From Chrysomallon squamiferum (Eukaryota; Animalia; Mollusca): DNA of 64,000 bases. The stretch is taken from positions 8,742,001-8,806,000 of the forward strand of contig CM022675.1 of the NCBI GenBank assembly GCA_012295275.1, read 5' to 3'. This document shows, one piece after another, positions 15,467 through 30,984 of this stretch (position 1 is its first letter; each line of letters begins with the position of its first letter). Position numbers and translations under genes: made by a program. The notes beneath the pieces were generated by a model that did no database searches, had not been told where the DNA came from, and saw only the letters and a list, made by a program, of their open reading frames with translations.

Positions 15467-15569
15467 ATGAAGGAGAGTTTTTCTGACACAGAAGATAAAA
15501 GTCCTCATGACATGACAGAAGAGTCGACGAGGAAAAGAATAGACCCTGAGTTAATACACGACACAGAAG
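15467..15569 (+). CDS. Pea3: PEA3-like coding exon A (exon starts 15460; ATG at 15467): MKESFSDTEDKSPHDMTEESTRKRIDPELIHDTE
   Basis: Acceptor tattttcag|G at 15459/15460 and donor GAAG|gtacgc at 15569/15570 (phase 1). RKRIDPELIHDTE resembles ETV1 RKRKFINRDLAHDSE. Whether 15467 is the true start codon is uncertain. Confidence 0.88.
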
Positions 15570-15762
15570 GTACGCTTTTACTTTGCTGTAGTAAACAACA
15601 ACAATAATAATAATAATAGTGTATTACATCTGTAAAACCTGAGTTAAAACACGACACAGAAGGTACGCTTTTACTTTGTTGTTTGTAATAAATAATAATA
15701 ATAATAACAATAACAACAATAATAGTCTAACATTAAAAATAACAGAATAATAGCTTTTAAGT

Positions 15763-15810
<48 letters not shown>

Positions 15811-16250
15811 AATAATAATAATAATGTGTACAGACAGATAGATGTGCTTTTACTATTTTGCAGTAAAAACCTAAGTTAAAAAACAGACACAGAATAATAA
15901 TGATAATAGTAACAATAATAATAGTAATAATAATTTAATAATGATAATAGTAACAATGATAATAATAATAACAATAATAATAATAATAATAGTGTGTTAC
16001 ATCTGCAAAACAAGAGTTAAACACGACACAGAAGGTACGCTTTTAGCTTGTCGTATTACATTTGTAGTAAATAATAATAATACCATATTACATCTGTATT
16101 AAATAATAATAATACCGTATTACATCTGTATTAAATAATAATAATACCATATTACATCTGTAGTAAATAATAATAATAGCATATTACATCTGTTTTAAAT
16201 GTTAATAATATCGTTAATATACGACACAAAAGATGTGCTTTTACTATGTT
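15545..16250 (+). repeat. Local amplification of the 3' end of exon A plus its splice donor
   Basis: GAGTTAA(T/A/-)ACACGACACAGAAGGTACGCTTTTA at ~15548 (real exon end), ~15642 and ~16014; decayed copies at ~15832-15895 and ~16218. An intervening ~32-bp AATAATACCATATTACATCTGT unit is repeated about 4 times at 16070-16195. Confidence 0.9.
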
Positions 16251-16423
16251 GTACTAAACAAGAAATAATATCGTATTATATCTTCTAAATCATTAATAAA
16301 GAAATAATATTAAATAATTAAATAAATTCGTATGTATAAAAAACGAACAAAAAATTCTAAATAAACGTACAAATAAACTGAAAAGTAAGACAGAAAAACA
16401 AAAAGAAATAAGCAAAGAAAAAA

Positions 16424-16475
<52 letters not shown>

Positions 16476-16998
16476 GGAAAATATATTTTAAAAAATCAGC
16501 ATAGCAGTAAATAAATAAACAGACTTGTAGATTAGTAAATAAATATATAAGAAGAGAAATATATAAATGAATAAATAACGACAAATATATAGATAGATAA
16601 ATAAATAAATAAGTGAATGAATGAATGAACAAACGGGCAAATATCCAAACACACAAACAAATAAATATGCAGTCGACGGACAAAGAAATGAACGGACAAA
16701 CAAATAAATAAATAACCAAATATTTTATTAGTGACAGTTTTCGAGTTTCGGCAAACTCTAATTATGTTAAAAATATATTTACGGGGAGCGCTTGCTTTCA
16801 TTCTGTAATTTTATTGCTAGCAGATTTACATTTTCTTTATTTGTTTGAAACATTTGATAACATTATTTCTATTCTGTGAAATATTAATACTTTAATGAAA
16901 TAAAATGTTATCGATTTTTCATCAACATGATTAACATTTGAAATAATTATTTGTTTCCCATATGTTATATTTCATTTATTTATCATTTCCGTTTTTGC

Positions 16999-17057
<59 letters not shown>

Positions 17058-17355
17058 GTAATAGTAATAGTAGTAATAATAATAATAATAGTAGTAGTAG
17101 TGGTAGTAATAATAATAATATTAACAACAATAATAATTTTGTGTTGTGCATACAATTTTGTATTGTATTAATACAAATAAGTTTTAAAAATCTATTTCGA
17201 ATCGCATATATTCAAGCGTATGTTTCGATTGCTGTTATTATTATTTGATTTTAACATTATTATTAATATTGCTATTAGTATTAGTAATAGTATCATCATC
17301 ATCATCATTATTATTATCATTATCTTACTATTACTTTATTATTATCATTATCATT

Positions 17356-17425
<70 letters not shown>

Positions 17426-17734
17426 TATTTGTGTCACTAAAAACAAAAGAGAAAAAAATCTTAACAAAACGATTTCAGACTATTTTATTCAATTTTATAT
17501 TTAGACGAAAGCATATTCTACAAATTGAAAAATAAAAACAAATCCTTCTAAAAGAAATAATTATAGTAACTTAATCCTGCACCATCCATCAAACAACAGA
17601 TATGTATTATAAAGAGGTCAACACAGAACTTTTATTTCACAGTGACGTAAGGAAAATACTCGCTTCTGATTGGCTGAGTCTGTTAGAACTAATATATCTG
17701 CCATTATTTCTCAACAAACGTGTAAACAGGGCAT

Positions 17735-17766
<32 letters not shown>

Positions 17767-18090
17767 AATTGTACATTATTTTTATTGCGTCGGAATATGA
17801 TTACGGTTATTCAGATACCATTCAGCGATCTCAAATCATCGATAACAAGATTTGTATTATGCGTGGTTAGTTTCACAATTTTATTCTGTCCGCATCGAAA
17901 TGATTTTTAAATAGAGATACAAATATTTTTAGTATACTGTGTGCGTAAACCGACAATATAATGACGATGAACGTGATGATAATGATGACGATGACAACAA
18001 CAACGACAACAAAAGCAATTGATAATAATGACCTTTCTGGAATTAAATTGATGATGTATATGCAAAAAAATTTTTTTTTTTTTTTTTTTT

Positions 18091-18139
<49 letters not shown>

Positions 18140-18150
18140 TTCTCTCTCTA

Positions 18151-18204
<54 letters not shown>

Positions 18205-18207
18205 TTT

Positions 18208-18297
<90 letters not shown>

Positions 18298-18789
18298 TTA
18301 TTGTTTAAAATAAGAATACAAATGAATAACGAAAACAAAAACGTTCAGTTTGAGAAATTCTAACACGTCAACATTTTCACACGGAAATCTTTCAAACAAA
18401 ATCAAAAGATTAATTCCACGACAAACGACGTGCTTGATTACTTCTCTCTCGCTGAAAACACATTACCCCTCCCTGTGTCCTTAAACACGCCCATGTTTGC
18501 GCAGGGGGGGGGGTAGCACGCGAGAAACATTCGGACCATTTGAAAACTGCGCACGTCAAACAGACGGAGAAACTGGAAGCCTGTTTAACGTCGTGTATTA
18601 TACAATCATTATCTAACTTCGACCTTCAGCTAAACAATTAAACTAGCTCCAAGCCCTGCTTGTAAGATGTCAGCGCGACGGAGAACAAATTGTAAAACAC
18701 GAAAATCAGGTGACAATTGTTGATTTAATTGGCATCTCAATGAAATGACGCCGAATCACGCGAGATTACGGACGCCATGTTTTTTCGAG

Positions 18790-18836
<47 letters not shown>

Positions 18837-20179
18837 CTGGTTCTCTGTATGGGTGTTTTCATTTGTTTATTTGTATGTTTTAATTATTTATTTTTTTTTA
18901 TTTTATTTTATTTTATTTTATTTTGTTTATTATTTATTTATTTATTTATTTTATTTTATTTTATTTTATTTTGTTTATTTATTTATTTATTTTAATTTGT
19001 TTTATTATATTTATTATTTATTTATTTTATTATTATTATATTTTATTTTATTTTATTTGTTGTATTATATTTTATTTATTTTTATTTTATTTATTTATTT
19101 ATTTTTTTATTTTATTTTATTTTATTTTATTATTAGTAGATTTCATTTTATTTTAGTATTTATTTATTTCATCTAATTAGTTTTTAGATATTTCACTCTT
19201 TTTTTCTTTCTATTTTTTTTCTAGCGTATGACATAACATGGTTTAGCATTAACATTAGAATACTAAAATAGTGAAGTTTTCAACTAAGAATAATTATTCT
19301 ACATAAGCTCAATTAACACAGTCGCGTTTTTCTTCTTCATTTTTTAAATAATTTTTATTTATTATTATTTTTTTAATCTCGAGGTAAATTATTAAAATTG
19401 AAACAGAAATCTTGAAATATTCTGGTGTGGGTTGACAACGGGAAAGCAGATGAAAATTTCCTCCGGCTTAAATTTGTTTAAAATTTGTTGGTTCAATTTT
19501 CTTTTCTTTTAAAGTTTTTCAATTTTTTTTCTTTTTCGTTCTTTTTCTTTTTTTTTTTTTTTTTTTTCTTTTTTTAAGTCAATCTTTTTAAAAAGAAAGA
19601 AAGAAGGATTAGAAGAAAAGGAAAGACAAATGCAACAGATTTACGAATAATAATTAAGAAGAAGAACAACAACAACAACAAAAATCAAAAAGCCACGTTA
19701 CGTTACTTCTATATTTGCTGCAGCTACTACTACTATTACTATTACTACTACTGCTACTATTACTACAACTGCTACAAGCTCTAATACTATTACTATTACT
19801 TATAACAACAATGACTTATGACAAAAACAACTATAATAACAACGATGAGAACTTACATTATATAACAACAACAACAACAACAACAACAAACAACAAAGTT
19901 TAAGTCATAATATCTGACCTCGACTTCTAACACTTAAACGTCGAAACATTCCGGAATTTGCCGAACTCTGCCGATTCAAAAAATGGAAAGCTTATAAATC
20001 ATGAAGCTCATAACGTGTTTGTATAGGTCAGCCCCGCTAATCTTTGACACATACCTTAACAACACAGCTCAAATATTTATATCTTGTTTTGTCTCCTATG
20101 TATTTGACTTCGACTTAAACCATAATCCGGGTATTTTGGGATGGATATTATTGAGGAGTTACCAAGTGATAGAATCAGT

Positions 20180-20250
<71 letters not shown>

Positions 20251-20340
20251 AATATAGATATATAAAGGAAACGGATGGAACATTCTTCCTCAGTATGCTT
20301 TTTGTATTTTATCCCATTCCAACCACGACTTTGTCACACA

Positions 20341-20418
<78 letters not shown>

Positions 20419-21246
20419 CTCAGTCTGTTTTTCACCGTTTTTTAACATCACAATATTAGTTATCGCCTAGAATATATTACTTTTCCATTTGCGTGTATAT
20501 ACTTATATATGCATATGTGTCCATATATATATATATATGAAATAATTTCATAAATATACCTCTAACAACAAAAGAGAAACCAATAACTAGAAATAAACCC
20601 AGTCATATTTCTTCAACGTACTAACTATTTCTCTCTGTCTTTTTTTTTCCGCTGTGTAAAAAAAAACAACAACATGTCACCTTTCTTTCAGCTAGTCAAT
20701 TACCCACGAACAGACAAACGTACGAAAACTCCCCCTTGTTTTTTATCCGTGGGGGGTGCCCAACGGCGCGTGCAAGCTCGCGCTTCTTTTCACACGGTGC
20801 TACTTGCACGTGCAGCGCGTGTAAACCAAACCGAACTCGCCCTCATGCTCGCCGTTTCGGCCCATACCGCATTGCGAAGACTGGCGCGAAAAAGTCACGC
20901 TGCTTTCAATTTAGTCCTCGCTGAATTTTGCATGAAGTGATTACGGGATTCTCGCATACAGCGCGGTTCAAGCGGCGAAAACACGCTAAATTCGTCGACA
21001 GCCACAACGACTCGTGATTTGAAATCACTACGCGATTGTGGCGAACAGATAATTGCAGAATAGATGAGCGTTGCTGTGTTCTTGAGGAAAAAGAAAAAAA
21101 TGTGTTGGGTTTTTTTTCTGTTTTATTTGTTGTAGGGTTGTTTTTTTTTGTGGGTTTTTTTCTTCTTGTTGGTGGGTGTTTTATTTTTGGTGTTATTTTA
21201 TTATTATTTGTTTGATTTGTTTATATTTATTTTATTTTTTTATATA

Positions 21247-21305
<59 letters not shown>

Positions 21306-21482
21306 TTGTTTGTTTGTTTGTAAGAATACAGTCACATTTAATATACGTTTTTCTTATCTTTTCGTTTTCATTTTTAAAATGATTTTGTTGAGGAAAAAGT
21401 ATTTCTATTACTACCTTAGTATTCATATTACTATTATTACTACTGCTACTACAGAAACTACTACTACTGTTACTATTACTCT

Positions 21483-21520
<38 letters not shown>

Positions 21521-21545
21521 TTACCAGTAGGATTACCACTACCAC

Positions 21546-21577
<32 letters not shown>

Positions 21578-22181
21578 TAATAATAATAATAGTAATAATT
21601 ATTATTATTATTATTATTTCCACTACTTTTACTACTTCTACCTCTAACAGTATAATTATTAGTACTATTATTTCGACTATTAATACTACTATATATACAA
21701 AATTACCGCTGTTAGCACAGGCACTTCTAACAATACTTCTATTAAAAACAAATTTACTGCTAAACTATCTCTATTTCTAGTATAGTTATTACTACTATTA
21801 ATATTTTTGATACTATTATTAGCAATAGTATTAAAATAGTAGATGTAATAATATTAATAGTATATATTATTACTAACAGTATTATTATTGCAACTACCAT
21901 TGCTCTTACAATTACAACTGTTAATACTATTACATCTACTATTTTTAATACTATTTTTAATACTATTATTACTAATACTGTTATTATTGCTATTACTCTA
22001 TTACTGTTATTATTACTACTACTAGTACGACTATTATTATGACCATTACTACTATGATTATTATTATTGTTACAACTACTACTACTACAACTGCAAAATA
22101 ATACAAGTAATACTAATTATACTGCTACTACCAGCACTATTATTATTACTACTACTAACAATACCATCTCTACTATTATTA

Positions 22182-22249
<68 letters not shown>

Positions 22250-22659
22250 TAGCAGTAATAGTAGTAGTAGTAGTAGTAGTAGTAGTAATAGTGGTGGTGG
22301 TGATAGTAGTACTATAGTAACAGTTAATCATTCAACGCTATGGTAACAAATTAGTGTTTGACGTCATATCTGGTGTTTATGGGAATCTACTACATTATTA
22401 CACATTTTATACTTTTTTAGAATTTGTACGGTATAATAAGGATTACAGCGCTTTCTGTCTTCATTTCTTCTTCTTTCTCTCTTCTTTTAATGTTTTCTTA
22501 ATTCACTCTTTTTTTTATTCATCTTCTGTTGTTCTTTCCAGTTCTTCTGTACCTTCTTCCTTTTCTCCCTTCATCTGTCTCTTCTTCTCTCTTTCTTTTT
22601 CGTTTTATTTGTGTTCACCTTTTTTCTCTCTATATATCTAGCCCGTGTATCTTTCCATT

Positions 22660-22725
<66 letters not shown>

Positions 22726-22999
22726 CTCTCTTTCACACACACACACACAGAGACACGTAACATTATATTTTTTGTTTTTTAACAATACATAACCAAATCA
22801 ATTCAGTTCACATGGATAAACTTTGTGAGCATTCCATCTTCGCTGAATGTTGAAAACAATTAAATAATCTTATCAAATATTTAACTATTGTTTCGCTAAC
22901 ATGTTCAACGTAATTATTTGACTGATCCATACGTGTTTGCGAAGTTTTTGATTCTGTATGTTTTTTACTTGAAATAAAATAAAACCGTCGTAGCTGCTG

Positions 23000-23055
23000 A
23001 CGTCAGTGTTCACGTCGAAGTTGATGATGCCTCTATTACAACTTCTTCTACTACG

Positions 23056-23086
<31 letters not shown>

Positions 23087-23345
23087 GAAGAAGAAGAAGA
23101 AGAAGAAGAAGTATCAGTAGTAGTTGTTGTAGTAGTTGTAGATGTTGTTGCTGTTGTTGCTTACGTCAGTATTCACGTCGAAGTTGATGATGCCTCTATT
23201 ACAACTTCTACTACTACTACTACTATGTATATTATTATTATTATTATTATTATTAGAAGAAGAAGAAGAAAAAGAAGTAACATTAGTAGTAGTAGTAGTA
23301 GTAGTAGTAATGGTAGGAGTTTTTGCTGCTGTTGTTGTTGTTGTA
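23000..23345. repeat. ~163-bp tandem duplication of a unique segment plus compound microsatellite
   Basis: ACGTCAGT(G/A)TTCACGTCGAAGTTGATGATGCCTCTATTACAACTTCT at 23000 and 23163, each followed by (TTA)n-(AGA)n-(AGT)n-(GTT)n. Confidence 0.85.
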
Positions 23346-23522
23346 GCACTATTGCTTTAAGCAATACTGTAAGCAACTAGAAGAGAAAGCGAGAAAGAAA
23401 ATATCTGAAAGATGATGATGATGATGATGTCAGTGTAATATTTTTATTGAATTATTTCTTATCACCATCATCATTATTGTTATTACTGTTATTATTATTA
23501 TTATTTATTATTATTATTATTA

Positions 23523-23555
<33 letters not shown>

Positions 23556-23559
23556 GTTG

Positions 23560-23591
<32 letters not shown>

Positions 23592-23616
23592 GTTATTATT
23601 ATTATTATTATTATTA

Positions 23617-23690
<74 letters not shown>

Positions 23691-23697
23691 CTCGATG

Positions 23698-23811
23698 AAA
23701 AAGCCACAAATCAACTGCCACTTAATCCGTTTATGCGGGATTAGAGAAATGAGATTAAAGTCACGTGTTATATTACTGCTCACCCTAATAGCACGTGCTT
23801 GTGGGTTCTTT
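23698..23811 (+). repeat. Short dispersed repeat, copy 1 (inverted partner at 32320-32433)
   Basis: CCACAAATCAACTGCCACTTAATCCGTTTATGCGGGATTAGA...AAAGTCACGTGTTAT...AGCACGTGCTTGTGG; matches the reverse complement of 32320-32433. Confidence 0.93.
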
Positions 23812-24181
23812 GTATTATTATTATTATTATTATTGTTATTGTTATTATTATTATCATCGTCATCATCAGAATCATCATTATTGTAGTTATTATTCTCATC
23901 ATCACTGTTAAAAATATAGCATATAACTAACTACATGACAGAAAATGCTAATTTATAATATTACATCATACGGGTAATATATATATATATATATTATATC
24001 ACATAGGTAACAAAAATATCTTTTTTATTAATATGACACACATTCACTCACACATATATGCACATACACAGACACACACATTCGCACTGCATATAGTAAC
24101 AAAGACAGACACACTTATATTCGACACGATCAGTTTAAAACTTATTTATTTCATTTCTTTTTTTCTCTTCTTTTTTTTCAG

Positions 24182-24229
24182 AACTTTTTCAAGATTTAAG
24201 TCAGATGCAGGAGACGTGGCTTGCTGAAG
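24182..24229 (+). CDS. Pea3: PEA3-like coding exon B, 48 nt, acidic activation-domain core (E)LFQDLSQMQETWLAE
   Basis: Long pyrimidine tract + cag|AA CTT TTT CAA GAT TTA AGT CAG ATG CAG GAG ACG TGG CTT GCT GAA G|gtaaaa; phase 1-1. Near-identical to vertebrate ELFQDLSQLQETWLAE. This frame is not in the ORF track. Confidence 0.97.
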
Positions 24230-24263
24230 GTAAAAAAAACAAATTATTTATGTTCTGTTATTG

Positions 24264-24328
<65 letters not shown>

Positions 24329-24663
24329 GAGAGAAAGACAGAGAGAGACGGAAAGAGAGAGACAGAGACAGAAAGACAGAGAGAGAGACAGAGAGAGAGA
24401 CAGAGATAGAGACAGAAAGAGAGAGAGACAGTTTTGCTGATATAAATAATATCTGTACATGTATATGCTTGTGTGTGTGTGTGTGTGTGTTTGTGTGTGT
24501 GTGTGCGTGTGTGTGTGTGTGTGATACAGGGTATTTGCTAACGTATTCATTAAAGCACATTGCACTGATGTATTGTTAGATGTATACAAGTTATCTGTAA
24601 TATGGGGGTATTAGAAAATTAGTATAAGAAATGAATAAATAATTGTTTTAACTATTCGTGAGA

Positions 24664-24694
<31 letters not shown>

Positions 24695-25363
24695 AAACAC
24701 AGAAACACATTCACACACACACGCACACAAGCACGCACACACGTTATTTGCCAGTATCACCATTACAACATTTTACCTAGACAATAAAGAAAATAACCGC
24801 TTTGATGTATAAATTATATTACGTGTGTTTATGTATGTATCTGTATACGCACACACATATATATATCACTATTGTCATCATGAATGTGCTTTTGCACGCA
24901 GTCTCTTTAGACTGCGAACAAGTCGTTTTGTTAGCGTCACCCCATTAGCACGTTAATGTACGATGACGTCACAGCAGGAACAGTTTAATAAAAGCATGTT
25001 TCATTTAACTGCGCATTTATGTTCCTTCCTCCTGTAAGTACATCATCTGCGTAACTGTTTTTATGTTGTCGATCGTTTTCTCTTTTTTTTTGGTTATTTT
25101 TTATTATTTATATATTTTTTTTTAACAGACGATGATGCGGCATTGTCTGTTCTCGTTATTGCGTTTATTTATTACCCTAATGACTTTTATATTGGTAATT
25201 AGCTTCAATGGCGTTTATCTGTTGAGACATTAGACGCCATTTTTTTTTTTTTATTGTAGTAACAGTTTGTCGTCACGTGATGGAGAAAAATAAAATTGCA
25301 GGTTTTATTTTTTTTATTTTTAAATAATAATAATAATAATAATAATAATATATCTATCTATCT

Positions 25364-25469
<106 letters not shown>

Positions 25470-25498
25470 CATACATATATACATACACACACACACAC

Positions 25499-25531
<33 letters not shown>

Positions 25532-25814
25532 TACATACATACATACATACATACATACATAAACAACATTATCATAGTTTAATTACTAAAGTTAAATTAA
25601 CATATAATATTCAAAAATGTGAAAAACGTTTTGAAAAATAAGTAGATAAATAAATAAATAAATAAATAAATGTGCTAGTGAAACATTTATCGATTACCAC
25701 CAAGGGAATTTGTTTTTCTATTTATTTTCATAAAGAATGTGTCACGGAGAACTGAACCTGCAGTCCAAAATGCCCGGGGCTAGATATATATTAACAACAA
25801 CAACAACAAGAGCG

Positions 25815-25857
<43 letters not shown>

Positions 25858-26963
25858 GTATCTGAAATAATTCTTCGTCCTTTTTGGTTTTCTTTCATTT
25901 TAAAAATTAATTATTAGTTTAATTTATAAAATTATCTTTTTTAAATGTTATTTCTCCTTTCTTCTTCTTCTTCTTCTTGTTTTTTTTTTTCTTTCTTATT
26001 CTTCTTGTTTCTTTTTTTTTTTTTTTTTTTTTGCTAAATTTCTATTCTTAACGATTATTTTCTTTTTATTTTCCTTCATTCTTCTTTTTCAGTTTGTTTG
26101 CTGCTTTTGAGTTGCGCTTAGCGGTTGTTTAATTAGGTTGTAACAAATCCTTTTATTACAAGGAGGCACCAGTAGGGTTTTAATTTATTTAAAAACTATT
26201 CAAAAACAAAAACAACAACATTAAAAATTCAAACCCATTACAATTATAATTTAAATAACAACTATTTTTGCCTTTTTCTTTAACATAAATATTTCTAGGA
26301 ATAAATAAAACAGTGAACAAAATTGACTGTCACCCAAGTCAGGCCCCTTTCATTAATAACAATGTTGCTCGTCAAACAGACCTAATAATTTACCGTGAAA
26401 GTCCACAAAATGTCACCGTTCTTGGACCGTAACTGACATAATAATATCAGCTCTCTAATGATCCTCAGATGACATTTTGAGAAGATCAACGTTGTCGTCA
26501 GTGCGACGTAGTTGTAGTTGTGTGTTGTGTAGAGTTTTGTGATCCAGAGATAGGACAGTTGACTGGAAAGTATTACTCCGATTCGGTTACTAAGTGAAAC
26601 ATTTTGGCGCGCAATTAGTAGCAGACGTGATAATGAATCTGTGTGCATGGTAAATGATAGTCTGCGTTATTTGTGAAATAAAACTTTTTTTATTTTATTT
26701 TATTTTATTTTTATTTTTTTAAATATATTATTCTACTTATTTCTTTCTTTATTTCTTTATTTCTTTCTTTATTTATTTATTTATTTATTCCTCTTGTTTA
26801 TTTTATTTATTTATTTGTTTATTTGTTTATTTATTTAATCTGTTGGTTGTTTGGATATATATTTATTATTCTATTATTCATTTTACAAATTTATTTGCTT
26901 AATTTTTATTTTATTTTTCTTAAAATTTTCAGTAGAGAGATTAAAACAAATTGTTATTGCTGC

Positions 26964-27022
<59 letters not shown>

Positions 27023-27807
27023 GATGATGATGACTGACACTGATATTAATTTGAAACATTTAAGGTATATACATATTTTGTTCTAAGTAACTGTGTATTT
27101 GCAATAATAATAATGATAATAATAAAAAAAATTAAATTAAAAAAATAAAAATAAATAAATAAATAAATAAATAAAAAAATTAAAAATAAAAAATCATCCA
27201 AAAATAAATATATCGGAAAAAAAAACAAAAACAAAATAAAATAAAATAAAATAAAACGTCAACGCATTCAAAACTAATCACCATATCACCTACTGTGACG
27301 TCATTACACAGACGACGGAGAAATTCTGACGTCAAACCGATTCGCGAAAGTTCTTTTGATGAGAAAAATTCAAAAACACGCAGAAACATCAGTCGTACAC
27401 ATCTCCTTAACGACGTCGTAGCTGTCCGAGTTTCGAAACGACATACACAGCGACGTCGGTGACAACAAAATGTGTTGGATATCGAGATTAATTGTACTCG
27501 GTTTTTGTGACAAGTTGATAAAACTCGGAACGTCGTCTCTCCTTATCTGCGCCACACAAAGAGACGCCAATTTAGATTTCTTTGTGCAGCGTCGCCGAAG
27601 ACAACAGCTGTTGATGACGGCGACGTACTTTTGTCGTCGTGCACGAAGATTACTTTGCGCGTTCGTTGTGACGTGTTTCGCACATGTACATGTACAGTTC
27701 TGCTTGGTTATTTGATTCAGTTGCGTTGTGAAATTATCACTTACAGTAAAACAGAATAATGAGTTTTTGTAAAATATTGCTATAGATAAAGATATAGTAT
27801 ATGCGCA

Positions 27808-27905
<98 letters not shown>

Positions 27906-28819
27906 TAAGGAATTGATGATATAACTATAATGAATTTTTTTTTTTTTTTTTTTTTATTTCATTTGGTTTTTGAATTTTATTTTTTTATTTAATTTATTTA
28001 TTTATTTATTAATTTATTTATTTATTTATTTAGTTAATGTATAAAACAAAACATTTGTCTTTTATATATCTTGATAAAAACCATATAATGGATTATTACT
28101 ACAAAACAACTACTACAACAACTACAACTATTACTACTACTGTTACAACTACTACTATTAGTACCTATTACTACTATTATTATTATTATTACTATTATTA
28201 TTATTATTATTATTATTATCATCTTTTTCATCATTATCATCATCATTATCATATCATCATCATCATCATCATCAACTCTACATCTTCGTAAAACGCAGAG
28301 AGAGAGTAAAAACCGATGCACGAGTCATAAAACTAGGCCAGCCAATCTTTACAGTTTAAGAGAAAGCTTACTCAGGGAGTTTCCAGGCTTAAGTAATTTA
28401 AGAGATAGGCCATTAAATACCCGAGGTTAGGCCATTTAAACACGCCAATTTAGACCAATTTTAGAACTGGGGGTCTTAAATGGTAATATACTTGACCTCG
28501 GCGTAGTAATACATCAAAGCAATTAATCCCTATCAGATTGGTGTGAAAAAAAAAGTCCTCTGGCGGATATCCGGGACATGAAGACGAGGCGATCGAATGC
28601 ACGAGCAGAGCACGAGATCTGACGAAGGATTAACGACGAATGATCGGAAATACTGGAGAGCAGCCGTTTACGGTGTTTTAGGATACTGCTTTCCAGTGAA
28701 GTGATTGGAAATTAAGCATTTTGACGCTTAATATAGGTCCATATGTATCTATGTAACGTATATTAAGCATCTGGATGTATGTGTATAGCATTTTTAACGT
28801 GCTTGTGTATTATTGAGTC

Positions 28820-28926
<107 letters not shown>

Positions 28927-29538
28927 TTTTCATACTAAATCATTTAAGATAAACATCAACTGACAAGCAAAACTTATTCTTTATGTTAGACATTGTTAAT
29001 GATTACAAGACAGCAACAAAAGGTGTGTGGGGGGAGGGGGACATGAAGGGGTGGCGTCCTGGTCGAGGTGTCAGTAAACAAGGGAGACAACTGTACAAAT
29101 GACCTGCATTGAGGTTAATGCCCCTGACACCGTGTTCTCGTGTTTTGATAGCTAACAAATGTGACGAGCTCTACTTAAATATTGACTGTTTGCACACACA
29201 GATTTCTGGCGATTGTTGAAGATTTTCCTCCACTTGTGAAGTGTCACTGTAAAATCCAGTCTTGTATTCTCAGCTTTGCTACATTACTGTGAAGATTACA
29301 GACTTTATTTTTTTCCCCATTGTCCCTTGAGATACTCACTGACTTCAGATGCATTAGACGAACACGCTATTTTACATTTATTTATATATCCAATATTAAA
29401 AACGTACTTTGGCTTTTCTCTTCCTCTCTGTCTGTCTGTCTGTCAGTTTAACTGTTAATCGATCCATCTGTCTGTATTTCTGTCCATCCTGCCTTCTATT
29501 ACCTCTCTCCTCTCTTTATTCTCTCTCTTCCCCGTCTC

Positions 29539-29623
<85 letters not shown>

Positions 29624-30755
29624 GAACTTCTCAGACTGCAGCAAAATCTTCTTCAAAAAATGTCTTGAATTGTCCTTTCGTGTGTCAGATCTTGTAAGGT
29701 GTTAAGACAAATCTCAGAGTTGAAATCTGTGCCAAACTGACTGAGTACACTGTCGAGCGACGCTTGCTGGACAGATTTTTAAACAAATAAAACACATTGT
29801 CTCGCACGGTTAATGCAGAATTTTAAATTTACTTAAAGGTCATTAACCGTTTCAATGCTTTAAATCGTCAAAACTGAAACTTTGAACTCGAATTCATATT
29901 CCACAGCCAAAACATTTTCGAAACTAATGTGCGGTTACATATTTTATAGACAGACAAACAGATAGGACAGACAGACAGATATATAAATAGAGGCTCAGAT
30001 AGACAGACAGACAGAGAGACAGACAGGGAGATAGACAGACAGGCAAATAGATAAAACAAACACGAGTTTTATATTTAACATCCTGCAAAAAGAAAAGAAA
30101 AAGATATAAACTAGGCAGGTTTTTTGTGGTAAATAACTGTATTCAGGGACTCTTAACAGGCAAGTAGCTATTAAATCCTACTTGAAATCTTCTTTTTTTA
30201 TTTCTTCAGTCTTAATTTATCGTTCAGATTTTTTTTCTTTATATATATTTTATACCCACTAACTGGTTTTTTATATCCACATCATCGGCAAGATTATTTT
30301 TCTTGTTTTTGTTTTTATTCTCTCTCTCTCTTTCTATCCCACTCTACAAGAAAACATTACTTCATAAAAAAAAAAAAAATCATTAATCTCTCATTTAAAC
30401 AGAGAATAGATTATCGATATACACTCTTTATATCGATATACACGCCTCGAAAGAAAAAAGAAAAGAGAAAATAATCGCTGTTTACCGTCAAGTGACGATC
30501 GCGAACAAGAAAAGGCGGATATCGATTTAAATACGGTGACGATAAAGACATGTTCCACGTATGAAAATACACCGGTGTAAATACTTTTTTTTTTTTTTTT
30601 TTCTCCTTCGTTGAGTCATTAAGTGAAAACGTAAAGTCATTGTGTTCTGCAGTCTGGATTGTCTTCGCTCCAATTTAACGAAACATTAGCCAAAGCCAAG
30701 ATCAATGAACAAGCGGGTAGGTAGCACCGAAGTTAAAATCCTACAAAAAAAAAAA

Positions 30756-30786
<31 letters not shown>

Positions 30787-30953
30787 GAAAAAAATACACA
30801 ACTAAAATGGCGGTGTTCTGTTTGAATTAAGATCGAGCTGTTATAAGATAAAGATGATGGAACAAACAAAAAAAAAAACAAAAAAAAATCTTTAATCAGT
30901 GAATATCGTAAAGTACGACGGTGAACCTTTAAAAAGGGCAATGTCCTGAAGAT

Positions 30954-30984
<31 letters not shown>

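Noticed and set aside
30412-30438. Two TATCGATA (DRE-like) motifs
   Set aside because: Explained by a 19-bp local duplication in AT-rich DNA; no other promoter support.
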